NCBI GenBank assembly: GCA_001599295.1
Contig: BCGN01000011.1
Location: 310,001 to 374,000, forward strand
Direction of reading: 5' to 3'
From: Sporopachydermia quercuum
Lineage: Eukaryota
DNA length: 64,000 nucleotides
Under the pieces are notes generated by a model that had not been told where the DNA came from, did not search any database, and was given only the letters and a program-made list of their open reading frames with translations. The position numbers and the translations under genes are program-made. This document shows positions 10,746 to 22,282 of this stretch, in pieces (position 1 is the stretch's first letter; each line of letters opens with the position of its first letter).

Positions 10746-12179
10746 CTATAACGCAAGAGAAAGAATACCAGAACTAGCAACAAGTGCAGAGATAATAAAA
10801 TATGAGCCAGTAAATAGAAGTAGTCTCTTGGAACCAAAGTTTGTTCGTTCACATAAAAATGCTAAGATTTTGGTGAATCCTCTGATGATCAGACAAGACG
10901 ATACAATCATTATGTAGATGTAAATATGCTGTGATACTAAATGGGCCAAGTATGCCTCAGAGGTACATGAAATATATATTAGAGACAACAACAAGGAGAT
11001 CCCAATATTTAGTAGCGTTGACGATATTCTCCAGGATATAATATGAAGTGAAGAGACTTCATTTATAGTCGTACCAAATAGCCCCAAGAAAACCGAGAGA
11101 TATGTATTTTCTGTAAGATATTCCGAAGATGATGTTGCCAGTTCTAATTTTGATATTGGTTCCAGTGAGAATGGATCTATAAACTCAATATGTACTGGAT
11201 TCAATTTATCTGATGAAAATGATATTGCACCGTCAGAGTCATCATCAGATGCTATATGAAGAGTTGTCAGTTCCTGTGTTGATCCATATGTTCTTATATA
11301 GTTACTCGAATTAGAGTAATACGAGTTGTCCTTATTCTTGACATAACTTTTATAACAATCTTCCATTGAAATTGAAGTAACAGAGTTCTGTTTAAACCTT
11401 TTCGCTTGTGACGATGATGGTGTATTTTTAGTTGTACTATTTCCGGTAGTATTGGATAGTTGGCCAGATTTATGGTCATTCAATGGGTAGCTTTTTGAGA
11501 CAACTTGTACAGAATATTCTCTTGGCCTGGCGTTGTGTGTAGATGGCACCAAGCTGCCTGTGGGGATAGGAAGAGACGCCCTATAACCAACAGCACTTCG
11601 TCTTTGTAATAATAATAGACGATCTCTACTTCCGTCACGAAATGGGTTTACCCTCTTATGAACCGGACCCAAATCACCAGTGTGATCACGAAATATTCGA
11701 TACTCGAACGTATCAAATACTTCCTCCTTTTCAGAGGTATCAGAATCACGAAAGCTGGTATTTATTTGAACAATTGAGGCTATTGACTCTACTACACTCC
11801 AAGAAATAGCAAATATGTAACCCAATTGCCAGTTTAGAACAGGTTTACCAAGTCCAATTGAATGGGTTTGATCTCTCTGAGGAAGAGCAATGATAGTGAG
11901 AGAAAGTAATTTGATCAAATCTTCAAATATTCCTGATACAAATGATACTTGAAGGTACTGTATGGAACTTTTCGCTACTATGAAAGTCAATAAGTATCTT
12001 ATAACATAGTAAAGGAAGAACCCGCCGGAACCAAGCAGAAATGATCGATAAGCATCGTTTAGTTCGTAATCGTGAACACCATTATAAGGACATTTGATCA
12101 AAAGCAGTGGAAGAAGAAACAAACCTAAACTGGCAATAAGTGTAGGGCAGACAAAGATATAAACACTGGTATTTCTCAT
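10746..12179 (-). CDS. Uncharacterised polytopic membrane protein (about 7 TM, large Ser-rich loop); possible YhfC/PrsW/APH-1-like fold
   Basis: 477-aa ATG-initiated ORF with four N-terminal and three C-terminal hydrophobic segments. Motifs EDLIK, WSVVE and RISSTLLNIGISL. Confidence 0.75.
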   Translation of the reverse strand: MRNTSVYIFVCPTLIASLGLFLLPLLLIKCPYNGVHDYELNDAYRSFLLGSGGFFLYYVIRYLLTFIVAKSSIQYLQVSFVSGIFEDLIKLLSLTIIALPQRDQTHSIGLGKPVLNWQLGYIFAISWSVVESIASIVQINTSFRDSDTSEKEEVFDTFEYRIFRDHTGDLGPVHKRVNPFRDGSRDRLLLLQRRSAVGYRASLPIPTGSLVPSTHNARPREYSVQVVSKSYPLNDHKSGQLSNTTGNSTTKNTPSSSQAKRFKQNSVTSISMEDCYKSYVKNKDNSYYSNSSNYIRTYGSTQELTTLHIASDDDSDGAISFSSDKLNPVHIEFIDPFSLEPISKLELATSSSEYLTENTYLSVFLGLFGTTINEVSSLHIISWRISSTLLNIGISLLLSLIYISCTSEAYLAHLVSQHIYIYIMIVSSCLIIRGFTKILAFLCERTNFGSKRLLLFTGSYFIISALVASSGILSLAL

Positions 12180-15100
12180 CTTGATAAAATTTGTAGTAGT
12201 TCTGACCTACCTTTCAGAACCTGATGTGATCAGGGATGATCACCAATCAAGCTTTCTAAGAATTAACCAATATTTGTACTTTTTGTTTAGAATTGGTTAC
12301 TCCTTTTCGGATATATACTATCCTTCTGGTTGAATTTGTTTAATCTGATTGAATACCAGTATGTGTTGATGTGATGATGTACTTTTTACCAGATCCCCAT
12401 AAGGTTGATTTCCAAACTTTGTTGTGAGAAACCTCTCTCTTCTCATTAATTTCCAATTTGCAAACACAGTATCATTCGCCTTCTGAATCTACATCAGAAA
12501 CTAACCTGTAGTCTGTTTTGCTCAAATTCATATAGTATCCAACTGCTCCAATTGTGTAAACCGTTCGGAATTCAAGAAAGAAGGAAGTAAATGGTAATTG
12601 AAAGTTGAAATAATTTTCTTGTTCTTTGTATGTGGTTAATTTATTCTTCGTTTGTGATCCTTTCCTTATAGGTTAAAAAACGATGAGCTTGAAGAAACTT
12701 TAACTGAGTTAATTAACAGGGTCTAGCCAGACCTTCTCCTCCGAGCTGCACGTGAAAACTCAATCACCTCAAGTTATATTTGTTTATGGGAATGAACTAC
12801 ACCAGTTTGAAGAAACGCCGTTTGCCGTTATATATATCCAGTTCATAAACAAAAAGTATGACTCTTAATGAAGTCATTTTTAGAATATTTACCTAATTAC
12901 TCATCTGAAGCTTAGCCAACTACAGTGAACTTGTTTAGAAGTATGTATTATTGAGAATTCCAGATGTTTATATGACGCTTCATGATTCTTAACACATAGG
13001 GAGACATGATATGTCAAAAACACGTGCTGGTGTGAAATTTCTGTTACTAGCAAGGGAATGAGAACCAGTTTATAAATTGGGATTAGTTCCGTTGATGGCA
13101 ATGTTGATAATTGAGTTAATCCGTTAAGGAATTTCATAAATAAAAGGAATTTTAGTCATATATATTATGAGATAAAAGTAAAAGTACGTGAAAATGAGGG
13201 GTAATGAGGAATAAAAATGGAGAATGATTAGATAAGCTTAGTGTTTGTAGCTGTGTTAACTTGATGACCAATATGTCAACTAATTGCTTATATGGTAGGC
13301 TATACGAGATTGCATCAGAAACTTGATAAGAACATGGAGATGCAAATCTAGTCATCATCACAACATTCAATTCCTCAATCTATATTGGGATAGCGATGAA
13401 TTACAGGAAGAGAAAATAAATTAGCTTTACGTTGATTAACTGATTTACCAGAAGAAGTAATAAAGCAGGTCCTCAGTAGGTTGTAGGTTTATTGTTGTAT
13501 GAACTGGTTGTAGCAAATGCACTAAGGATGGCTTGNTTATTGATCTGGATATATTATAGATTTAACCAAATCTAGCCATCTTAATGTAGACAGTAGGTGC
13601 GCCATAGAAATGCTAGTTATACAAAGTCAAAGATGAGCAGTCCGTTGAAAACTGTTTAGAAACTTTGGTGAATCAGGAACAAAATGCATTCACTGCATGA
13701 CAGATCGACAAATCTCTTTTTATTAATGGGAAGAATTTGAGAGATTAAATTTCCATATTAACGTTATCACAGTGATAATAATACACATGATCACGTTGTT
13801 GCTTAATCAGACAAAAATCAGCTTAGCAAGAAAGACCCCAAAAGACAAGGAGTTTCATCATGCAGGATCTGGAGATGCAGAGTGCGAATGAAAGCGATGA
13901 GGCTGAAAATCGATACTGAATATCAATTTCTATTTATATTATATTATCATTGCTTTCTAAGAACTTTCCACGGATCTCAATCAGCTGTTTGATTACGATA
14001 CTACATGTGCTACGTCAAGTTGCTTTGCTTTAATTTATTATCTGATGTTCATCTCATACTTCCATATAAGCAGTAAATAATTATAAAAATTGACCCACGA
14101 ATTGATTTGCAAATTGACCATTAGGGGTTGATATATGCACCAACCAAATGAGAAGGAACAATGTTCGATATCACATCATAATTTATTATCAGTTAGGTCG
14201 GCCGGTGGGCCCGTTAGCACTGTGTGTCTAAAGAGGAATAGAGAAGATGAGAAAGAACTGTCACGAGACTCTTTTTGTCTGTTGAACAAGCGAATATTTA
14301 AAGTTTCCCGGGTCCTTAACAATAAAGTTTACTTCTTAACGGTTTATAGAGTTGCGAACTTAATAGGGGCAAGCTCTATCAACTACTATGGCGCAAGGTA
14401 CTTTCAAACAGATCAATTTCCTACTGAAGTTCAATTTCGCATATACTACTAATCTGGCGTTTAGTTAAATATGAATCTTTTCTACCTTTGAAGTCACCTA
14501 GACTCAAAGGTTTATCTATCCAAATTCTTCATTGTATGGAAATTAGTTTCCACAGTCGGGAGTAACGGTAACCAACTTCAAGAGAATAGTTTCTTTCACT
14601 TTCCGGATTTGTAAATAGGGTTTACATAATTTCACTTTAGTGAAAACTGGGCTGACTAGTTCAAAAAGATCTTCTGGGGAGANATGTCATATTGAATTAA
14701 ACGAAGGATAATGAAGATGAAAAATATTTAAGAACAATTTTACAGGGACTATCAGAAACAATTCTTACTATATAAACGACTTCAATGNGCAAAAAGAAAA
14801 TATGGAGATGCATTAGTCTTCTAATATGAGAAAACAATCAGTTAAGGTGTTCGTCTCACACCAGAACTCCTCATAATATTATTCATAAGATGAGTTGATA
14901 CGATAGAAGGTAGCACAGAAGTGAAAAGTATTCACGCAAATCTAAATTCATTTAATATATAACTTCCATTATTAAACTCTTCGTATAATAATACTTCAGG
15001 TTTGTTTCAACAAACACTTCTTTGAGGTTCTTTTATTTTCAAAGTTTAGAATGTTCCTGAGATGATGTGATTTCGATTTCCTATTAAGGAACCAGGAAAA

Positions 15101-15610
15101 CTCAAGCTATAACTACCGACATTGCATTAACTCCTATAAAAGTAAAAAAAATAAAGTCAGTATCAAAACAATAAATGAAAGCAACAAGCATAAACAACTA
15201 TAGTCATTCAACCTAAAAGATCTCCGTTTTATTCCTGAAAAGTCCATTAAGATGAACGATGATCATCAGCTTTTTGTTTCCTTTCCACCTTGTCTTCTCA
15301 TTACCTAACTCAATGAACTGAAATAGTGGACCAGAATAAAGTAATTATTTCATGTCATGATGTTAGTACTGAAAGTGGTTGATACAAGGCACCACGTAAT
15401 TAATTATTGTATTGTTGATTCTAATATAAATTGAAGTCGTTTTGTTCATTTAATTTTTTTTGCTACTTTAGTTGTCGAAACGTTGTTTGGTTTATTCTTT
15501 ATCTCAAACAAGATTACAATTGTTAATCAACTAACAAAAATCAAAAAGAGCACAAGAAATTCGATTTAAAACATTTTTCATCAAGCACAAACATTATCAC
15601 ATAATATAGC

Positions 15611-16483
15611 ATGTCGTCCTACCTCGTTGTTAAAGCTAATGAAGCATTGAACATCAATGCTCCTACTGGAGCCGATATCCACATTACAACACATGGTTCA
15701 GATTGGTTATGGGCCTGTTTCTCAGTATTCGGTATAGTCCTTCTTGGTATTTTGGCTATCTCCTACAAGAAGGATCTGGAACAAAGAAAGTACTATTACA
15801 ATCAATTAGGCTCAACAGTTGCTATGCTAATTAACTATTTCGCTATGGCTTCAGATTTGGGTTGGGCACCTGTTCAAGCCGAATTTAATCATCAAACTGT
15901 TGCTGACTCATCTGCAATTCCAGGTCTTAGACAAGTTTGGTATTGTCGTTATGTTGCATGGTTCTTCTCCTTTGCCTTCACTGTTGCTAATCTTTCTGAA
16001 TTAGCTCAAGTTGATATTGAACATTTAGTATTCAACACACTCACAGCTATTATTTACATTGTTGCTTTATTAGTTGGTAGTATTGTTCACTCTACTTACA
16101 AGTGGGGTTTCTTTACTATTGGTGTTGTCGCATACTTTGTTACCATTTTGAACTTGTTCTCTCATACTTATAGAGGAGCAAAGACTCTTGATATTGGAAA
16201 GGACTTTGCTATCTTTGCTGGATTAGTTGTTTTCTTCTGGTTCTTATATCCAATTGGATTTGGTTTATCTGAAGGTGGTAATGTTATTTCCCCAGATTCT
16301 GAGATGGTCTTCTATGGTGTTATGGATTTGATGTTGTTTGCATTTTACCCAATTTTCTTCCTTTACAAACTCAATACTCTTTCCTCCACCAAGGTAAACT
16401 TGGGATTCCCTCACCATAATTCAGAAAAGCAACAAGATGTTTCAGCTGAAACTCCAAGAGCTTCCGGTGAAACTCAAGTCTAA
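15611..16483 (+). CDS. Fungal opsin-related protein (Hsp30/Yro2/Mrh1 family)
   Basis: ITTHGSDWLW, YFAMASDLGW..VQAEF, RQVWYCRYVAW, YKWGFF, LYPIGFGLSEGGNVISPDSE..FYGVMDL. Helix G lacks the retinal-binding Lys. Confidence 0.93.
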   Translation: MSSYLVVKANEALNINAPTGADIHITTHGSDWLWACFSVFGIVLLGILAISYKKDLEQRKYYYNQLGSTVAMLINYFAMASDLGWAPVQAEFNHQTVADSSAIPGLRQVWYCRYVAWFFSFAFTVANLSELAQVDIEHLVFNTLTAIIYIVALLVGSIVHSTYKWGFFTIGVVAYFVTILNLFSHTYRGAKTLDIGKDFAIFAGLVVFFWFLYPIGFGLSEGGNVISPDSEMVFYGVMDLMLFAFYPIFFLYKLNTLSSTKVNLGFPHHNSEKQQDVSAETPRASGETQV

Positions 16484-16693
16484 TTCTAACGCTTAATATC
16501 AATAATGATTAGCTTGGACGCTTAATTATTTTTATAGTTCAGGTTTTCCTTTTTTACTAATGATTTTATGAATTACGAATAAAGACTGTCAACGGTGATG
16601 TCGGTTTATATATTACCTTAATGTTTCTTTTACTAATTAATACAATTACACTTACATTTTGTATNTGTTTATATGTTATCATGTCTTTTATTG

Positions 16694-18334
16694 CTAATTG
16701 TAGTCATTTGCAGTTTTGTTCCTCTTCTGTTTGGTTTCTGGAAACTGAAAGAAGACAATTCCTACTCCTGTAAAAGAGAAAGTGAATAGTATCAAGAATG
16801 TTATCCATTTGAAATGCTCAAACAACAATGGGCACAACATCGCAAGCATGAAGTTGAGTATCCAGCCCAACGATCCACACAGTGCATTACCTTTTGCTCT
16901 AGCTTTTGATGGAAATATCTCATTAACATAAATCCAGGAAACACAGCCAAGAGTCGAGGCAAATATTGTAACAAACAAGATGCAAAACACTAATACCATG
17001 ATTCCTGGTTGGCCTTGTACCAAGTATTGACTTTCGCCATTGACAACCACATCTTTACCAAACTTGAACATCAGAAATGAAATTATTCCCAGACATANAG
17101 TCAGTAAAGTTGTTCCCACTAGAAGAAGGGTTCTTCTACCAACTTTTTCGATGTACATGAAAGGTAGTATGGTAAATACAACGTTAACAGAACATTGTAA
17201 AAGCGCAGAAAAGAATTTGGCCTCTGTGCCAAAACCAACCATTTGACATATGACAGAGAAATAATACACTATTTAACGATAAAGGTCATGTTAGCTGATC
17301 ATCTGATGTTATGAGAATGTGGAAAAGTTTAGTCGAGAACCAAAGTAATTCATACTCAATACATTGATACCACTCAATTGGCAAATTGCTTGTGTTAATA
17401 ATCCTATCATAGTTGACTTTCTGATGTCTCTCGAGAAAAGATGTTTATACTGAAATTTAACTGCAGTAGGCAATAAAGGCTTTTCTATTGCTTCATCTTG
17501 TTTCTCACCTCCTGGAGAACTTGAGTGAATGCTTTGAGCACTTGATTCTGAATCAACAACAAATGTGCTGCTGATGTCAATTTCTTCTGTCGGTAAAGAA
17601 AATGACGATAAGAATAGCACGACAGCAGGTATTAGTTCTAATCCCCAAGCTAATCTAAATGATTTCTCATCTAAAAGCGTTTCCACTGCCCCGTATCCTA
17701 TAAGCACCATTAGAAATATTCCAATAGTTAACAGGAGCTGCAACATAGATAAAATCCTTCCTCTATGTCTTTTGGGAAACACTTGAGAAATATACACAGG
17801 CAATTGAGAAGACAGCGCTCCAACAGTAACACCCTTAAGACTTCTTCCTGCAATTACCATTGGCAAATTAACTGCAGATACACATAAAACCGCTATAACT
17901 CTTGTAAGTAACAAAGCTGCAAATCAACGAATGAACCTTGAAAGTCCAATGGTTCACTCATACATCCAATAATCCAAATGAAAGTAGCAGTAGATATAAC
18001 AGCTTTTACCCCAAACTTCTCGCTCTCTGCTCCCCCAAGTATTGCACCAACTAGAAAATTAGAGAAATGTTAGTAGAACTGTTTTAGTGCAAAATTAGTA
18101 TTCANCCACAGTTGACTGGAAAAATCATTGGATTATTTGATACGTACTAAAACCTCCTAATGGATACGCACTAGTCAATGCCCCCATCATCAAGCTTGAG
18201 GGATGTTTAAAATAGTCATCAAACAACTTGGTGCTAATGAAACAAGCAACAGAAGAAATTTCAATACCAAGCATGAGTCCGCCTGTAGCTATAATAGCTG
18301 TGAGAACATAGTAGTTGGTAATCGTGGGTATCAT
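16694..18334 (-). CDS. MFS sugar porter (Hgt1/YFL040W-like); exons 18334-18148, 18050-17964, 17892-17356, 17268-16694 (461 aa)
   Basis: Three GT-AG introns restore the family motifs PLGGF|IGA, WIIG|SVLC..AGR and QLSGINVL|MYY. Also EKVGRR, WIYVNEIFP..RAKG and FPETK. Confidence 0.88.
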
Positions 18335-18875
18335 GTTGACTTTCCCAAGGTAGTTGAATGGGCGTCTAAAATATCAATAGCAAGGACAAGCCAAAGAGTA
18401 ATGGCATAAGAAACGAGCAATGTCTAGCAAAATGCGAATAATCTATCAGCAATGAAAGAGCATTTAAAATGGGAGTAAACTTGTTTAATAACTAGAAAAT
18501 CAACTGATAAAACACCTTTCCAAAATGCTCATAGAACATCTCAGATCATTGAAGAGGAAGTTGTTAAAAGCACATTGTATATCTAAAAATGATCACAAAA
18601 GTTAGGGAATAATTACAATCATAAGGCAAAAGTTACAATCAACAAATTGGGGTTTTGCAATCATTGGCTACCAGGGAGCTTTGATTTTGTACAAACACAA
18701 AAATCGGCGATGATCAATGATTGAAAGATTGTTCAAGCGCGTCTAAGGAAACTTCAGTTACTGCGATTTATGGATTAGGGAANAGTGTATATTTCATAGT
18801 AGTATAACATTGAAATGGTCTATGAGTTTACGTATTTTTAATATCTCTATGCTCACAATTACACTTCTCATTTGA

Positions 18876-20138
18876 TTAGTTCAAATTAGCAGCCTTCTCA
18901 TACAATAAATCAACCACAGTGTTGAGCTGTTTTACTGTTTCTAATGCGGAATCAAAAGTAGCATCTCTCTGAGGTTCATCATAAACGAATAACCAGCCAT
19001 TACCTTGATCAAGAACACCATAAAACACTTTGTCAAGAATCATTTGAGAAAGTTTACCTTCAACCTGAGTCTCATCTAAACCGATAACATCAGCGACATG
19101 TGAAACTTCTACACATGAGAAAGGTTCTATCACTTTCACAAGATTTTGTTCCAATAGAGTGTCGTATAAAGCAGTGAAATGTGATCTAATGAAAGAATCC
19201 GCAGATAATTCTTTTCCATAAGTATCCAAAGCTTCTTCAAACTCTTTTAATGACCTGTTAAAATAGGCCTTTGCTACAGCATTCATAGCATCAATATCTC
19301 TTCGCGAATATTTCTGGGCAAGTTTACCATTGAGAATGTTGTTCACATCATCAGGCAATGTGAGCATAATCTTGGACAACAACATGTATTTGAGTACATC
19401 GACTGCTCTTTCGTCTTCTTGTCCAGTGAACCCTTCAAAGGCTTCAAAGAAATAGGAATATGCAGTGTTGTAATCTTTATCTTCTGCATGTAGAATTCCG
19501 CTCATATTATCCAAATCTGCCTGTGTTAAAGGTGGAACATAAACTGAGTTAGCTGATGTCCGAGCAGAAGTAACTGCAGCTTTAGCTTTCGAGAGATTCC
19601 TCAAAGCATGATACACTTTAGCTTCTAAAATATGAACTTCCACCAAAGTCATCTTATCGTCTAAGCGTTTTAGTTCTTGCAAAAGAGGGTTAATCAATTC
19701 CAGAGCCTGCTTATAGTTCCCCTTCTTGAAATAAAATGATGCAAGTCTATATTGTAAAGATTGTCTCAGAAATGTTCGTTTTTCACTCTGTGCCCATTCA
19801 ATACAATCCTCACAAGACTTGATTTGAGTATCTAACGAGTTTGGAATAGCAGAAAACATATCAATGAGGTTTCTGATAATTTTTGCAGTTTTAGACTTAG
19901 CAAATGATCCCATAACATCTCTACTCTTTGGAATTAATGCTGCCAAGTTTTCAATCTTAGCATTGTCTCTGTATAAAGCACCTAAGCCCATAATAGCAGC
20001 TTCTTGCTCCTGTAACACTTTTTCGTTAGGTGCCGTATCTGTAACGCTAAGAATTTTGAAGTATAGTTGTTCAGCTTCAGCCAATTGACCAGCTTTCACA
20101 GCGGCCTGAGCTTTGGTTAGGGTAGACTCTTGTGTCAT
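18876..20138 (-). CDS. RPN6: 26S proteasome lid subunit Rpn6 (PCI domain)
   Basis: KSKTAKIIR, KRTFLRQSL, LKRLDDK, ARTSANSVY, TAYSYFFEAFE, LLEQNL..IEPFS, LSQMILDK..GVLDQG. Confidence 0.97.
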   Translation of the reverse strand: MTQESTLTKAQAAVKAGQLAEAEQLYFKILSVTDTAPNEKVLQEQEAAIMGLGALYRDNAKIENLAALIPKSRDVMGSFAKSKTAKIIRNLIDMFSAIPNSLDTQIKSCEDCIEWAQSEKRTFLRQSLQYRLASFYFKKGNYKQALELINPLLQELKRLDDKMTLVEVHILEAKVYHALRNLSKAKAAVTSARTSANSVYVPPLTQADLDNMSGILHAEDKDYNTAYSYFFEAFEGFTGQEDERAVDVLKYMLLSKIMLTLPDDVNNILNGKLAQKYSRRDIDAMNAVAKAYFNRSLKEFEEALDTYGKELSADSFIRSHFTALYDTLLEQNLVKVIEPFSCVEVSHVADVIGLDETQVEGKLSQMILDKVFYGVLDQGNGWLFVYDEPQRDATFDSALETVKQLNTVVDLLYEKAANLN

Positions 20139-20489
20139 TGTGAGTTATTTTGCTGGCAGATTGTGATGAGATTATTGAATTTGTATTCCTATGGAGAGTT
20201 TTCGTTGAGTATTGTATAGTGAGCTTCTATCTTTCATATCCTGGCTGAATAAAAAATCAACAGAATTTGAATAATCAATACTTATCCAATAACAAAATAC
20301 AGTGAGGACTGGCAATTGATTTTTCAATTCTACACATATATCAGTCGTACAGGGCTTGAAATTCTCCAGCAATTACTGTACCTCTGATTCTCCTTATAGT
20401 TTCCTTCGAAACGCATGTATATGATTAATTGATTCCTATATGAATCAATGCTCACTCAAACATCAATGAAAAATATAACGAACGGCCAA

Positions 20490-20514
20490 TTTGCCTTTGC
20501 GTTTGCCTTGCCTC
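20490..20514 (-). promoter_or_regulatory. Candidate Rpn4 (PACE-like) sites upstream of RPN6
   Basis: Two AAGGCAAA (20490-20497, 20502-20509) and one GAGGCAA on the minus strand, about 350 nt upstream of the RPN6 ATG. Confidence 0.45.
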
Positions 20515-21110
20515 TCCTTTGATANATGTGAGTTGTTTAAAGTCTCGTGAACCCCTACTGGAATTCTACTTGATGGGACAATTGCCGAATTGAGAAGTAA
20601 AGTTACCCGTAGATATGAGAGTAATAACAGATTACGTAATACGAAAAAGACTGGATTATAGAAATACCAGAATAATAACAGTTTCTTAGCTTCTGAGAAT
20701 GAATTGACAACAGAACAGAAAGTTACAAAGCAGTATCAGATATTGACAGCAGTTACAAGTGTTTCCTATCCCATTTCCTTCCTTCTCTACCTATTATTCT
20801 CAGAAATCAAACTTTCACTCTACGTCTCGTTTTGGCTCTGTAATAAATACTCACGTGACCATATTGTATATTGCGAGAACACCCCTCAACACTCAATTGT
20901 TCCATGCTTACAAATATGCTTTATGCTTTATGTATGAGTTTCCCAGCAAGCAAGGAACTATTTATTCATCGTATCCTGTTATTAATCTTTATGTAAATAT
21001 CATACCAATTGTGGGTTTGTATTTTACAGATTGGTAAGCTATTTGCCGTTGAGACCAGTTGATAGATTTTGAATGATAGATATCTCCTATTCGGAAGGTT
21101 ACTCAGGAGA

Positions 21111-21768
21111 ATGTTTTCCAACATAACGCGAGCACAACATGTGGTAAGTTTTGCTTCCACAGTAATAGCATTCATTGCTGTTGCTATCATAGCGTCATCG
21201 TATCTACAGCTACATCTTTTAGATGCCTTCAATTCGACTTCATCATCTATCTCAAATGCTAGAAATGTGGTGACATTGAAGTATAGTAGGCGGTTTGGAG
21301 CGAAAGGAAAAGTTGGTAAAGAGAATGCAAGATTTGGATTTGATCTTGAAGCAGGTATGTCATGCTGAACTATAACTAACGCTACGATTATGAGAGCTTT
21401 AGATCTAGAAGATTAGCTATCTTTTCAATTATACTAACAATCGAGCAGANTTGAGTCCTTTATTTAATTGGAATACCAAACAGGTGTTTACTTACTTGAC
21501 AGCAGAATATAACGGTACAACTGAAGAAAGCTCTAATACTATCACGCTGTGGGACAGAATCATCACCAATGTAGATGATGCATANATTGATCTACGGAAG
21601 CAAAAAGGAAAATACTCGGTTTACGATATTGAAGATTCTTTCAACGGAAGAAATGCTGTACTAAAGTTAAATTGGAATATTCAGCCAAAAGTTGGTATTT
21701 TATTTTGGGGTGAAACGAACGGCCAAGCTGAGGTGTCATTTTCAGCGCCTGCTGATTCATCGAAATGA
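21111..21768 (+). CDS. SPC3: Signal peptidase complex subunit Spc3 (SPC22/23); exons 21111-21354 and 21449-21768
   Basis: Intron GTATGT..TACTAAC..CAG joins FDLEA to [20 protein letters not shown] and WNIQPKVG motifs; N-terminal TM. Confidence 0.95.
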
Positions 21769-22282
21769 GATCAGCAGCAAGGGAATAGAAAATGAAGATC
21801 TACATTAGTAAAACAACCATAATAAGTCAATTGAATCTGCAAATCCTCCTATATGTTGTGGCAAGTCTCTCCAACTGGCTATTGCTTCTCTCTTTGGTTC
21901 AAAGAACAAACTACAATGGTTCAGCTATCAATAGCAATAGCAATAGCAATAACAGCAATAACAAACTGTCAATCAGATATATTAATATGTACAAAAGAAC
22001 CACAGTTTCATCTAAAACCTATGTTTCTCACTCCTTTTTTCCTAGGAATCCCCCTCTTCATTGCTTTACCTTTTCTATCTCTTTCTCTTCTATAATAAAC
22101 AACAAAAAAACAAACTATGTACAATTATCTTCTATCATGCCTGAACAATCATGCTTACAATATCAGAGGTATGTCTGCTTATTGTTCAGCAATCAAACAA
22201 ACACACACAGTATATATCGCTGTTCATTGATCAATACAATAGCGATATCACCAGATCATCTTCTTAAACCATCTTCGTCATG

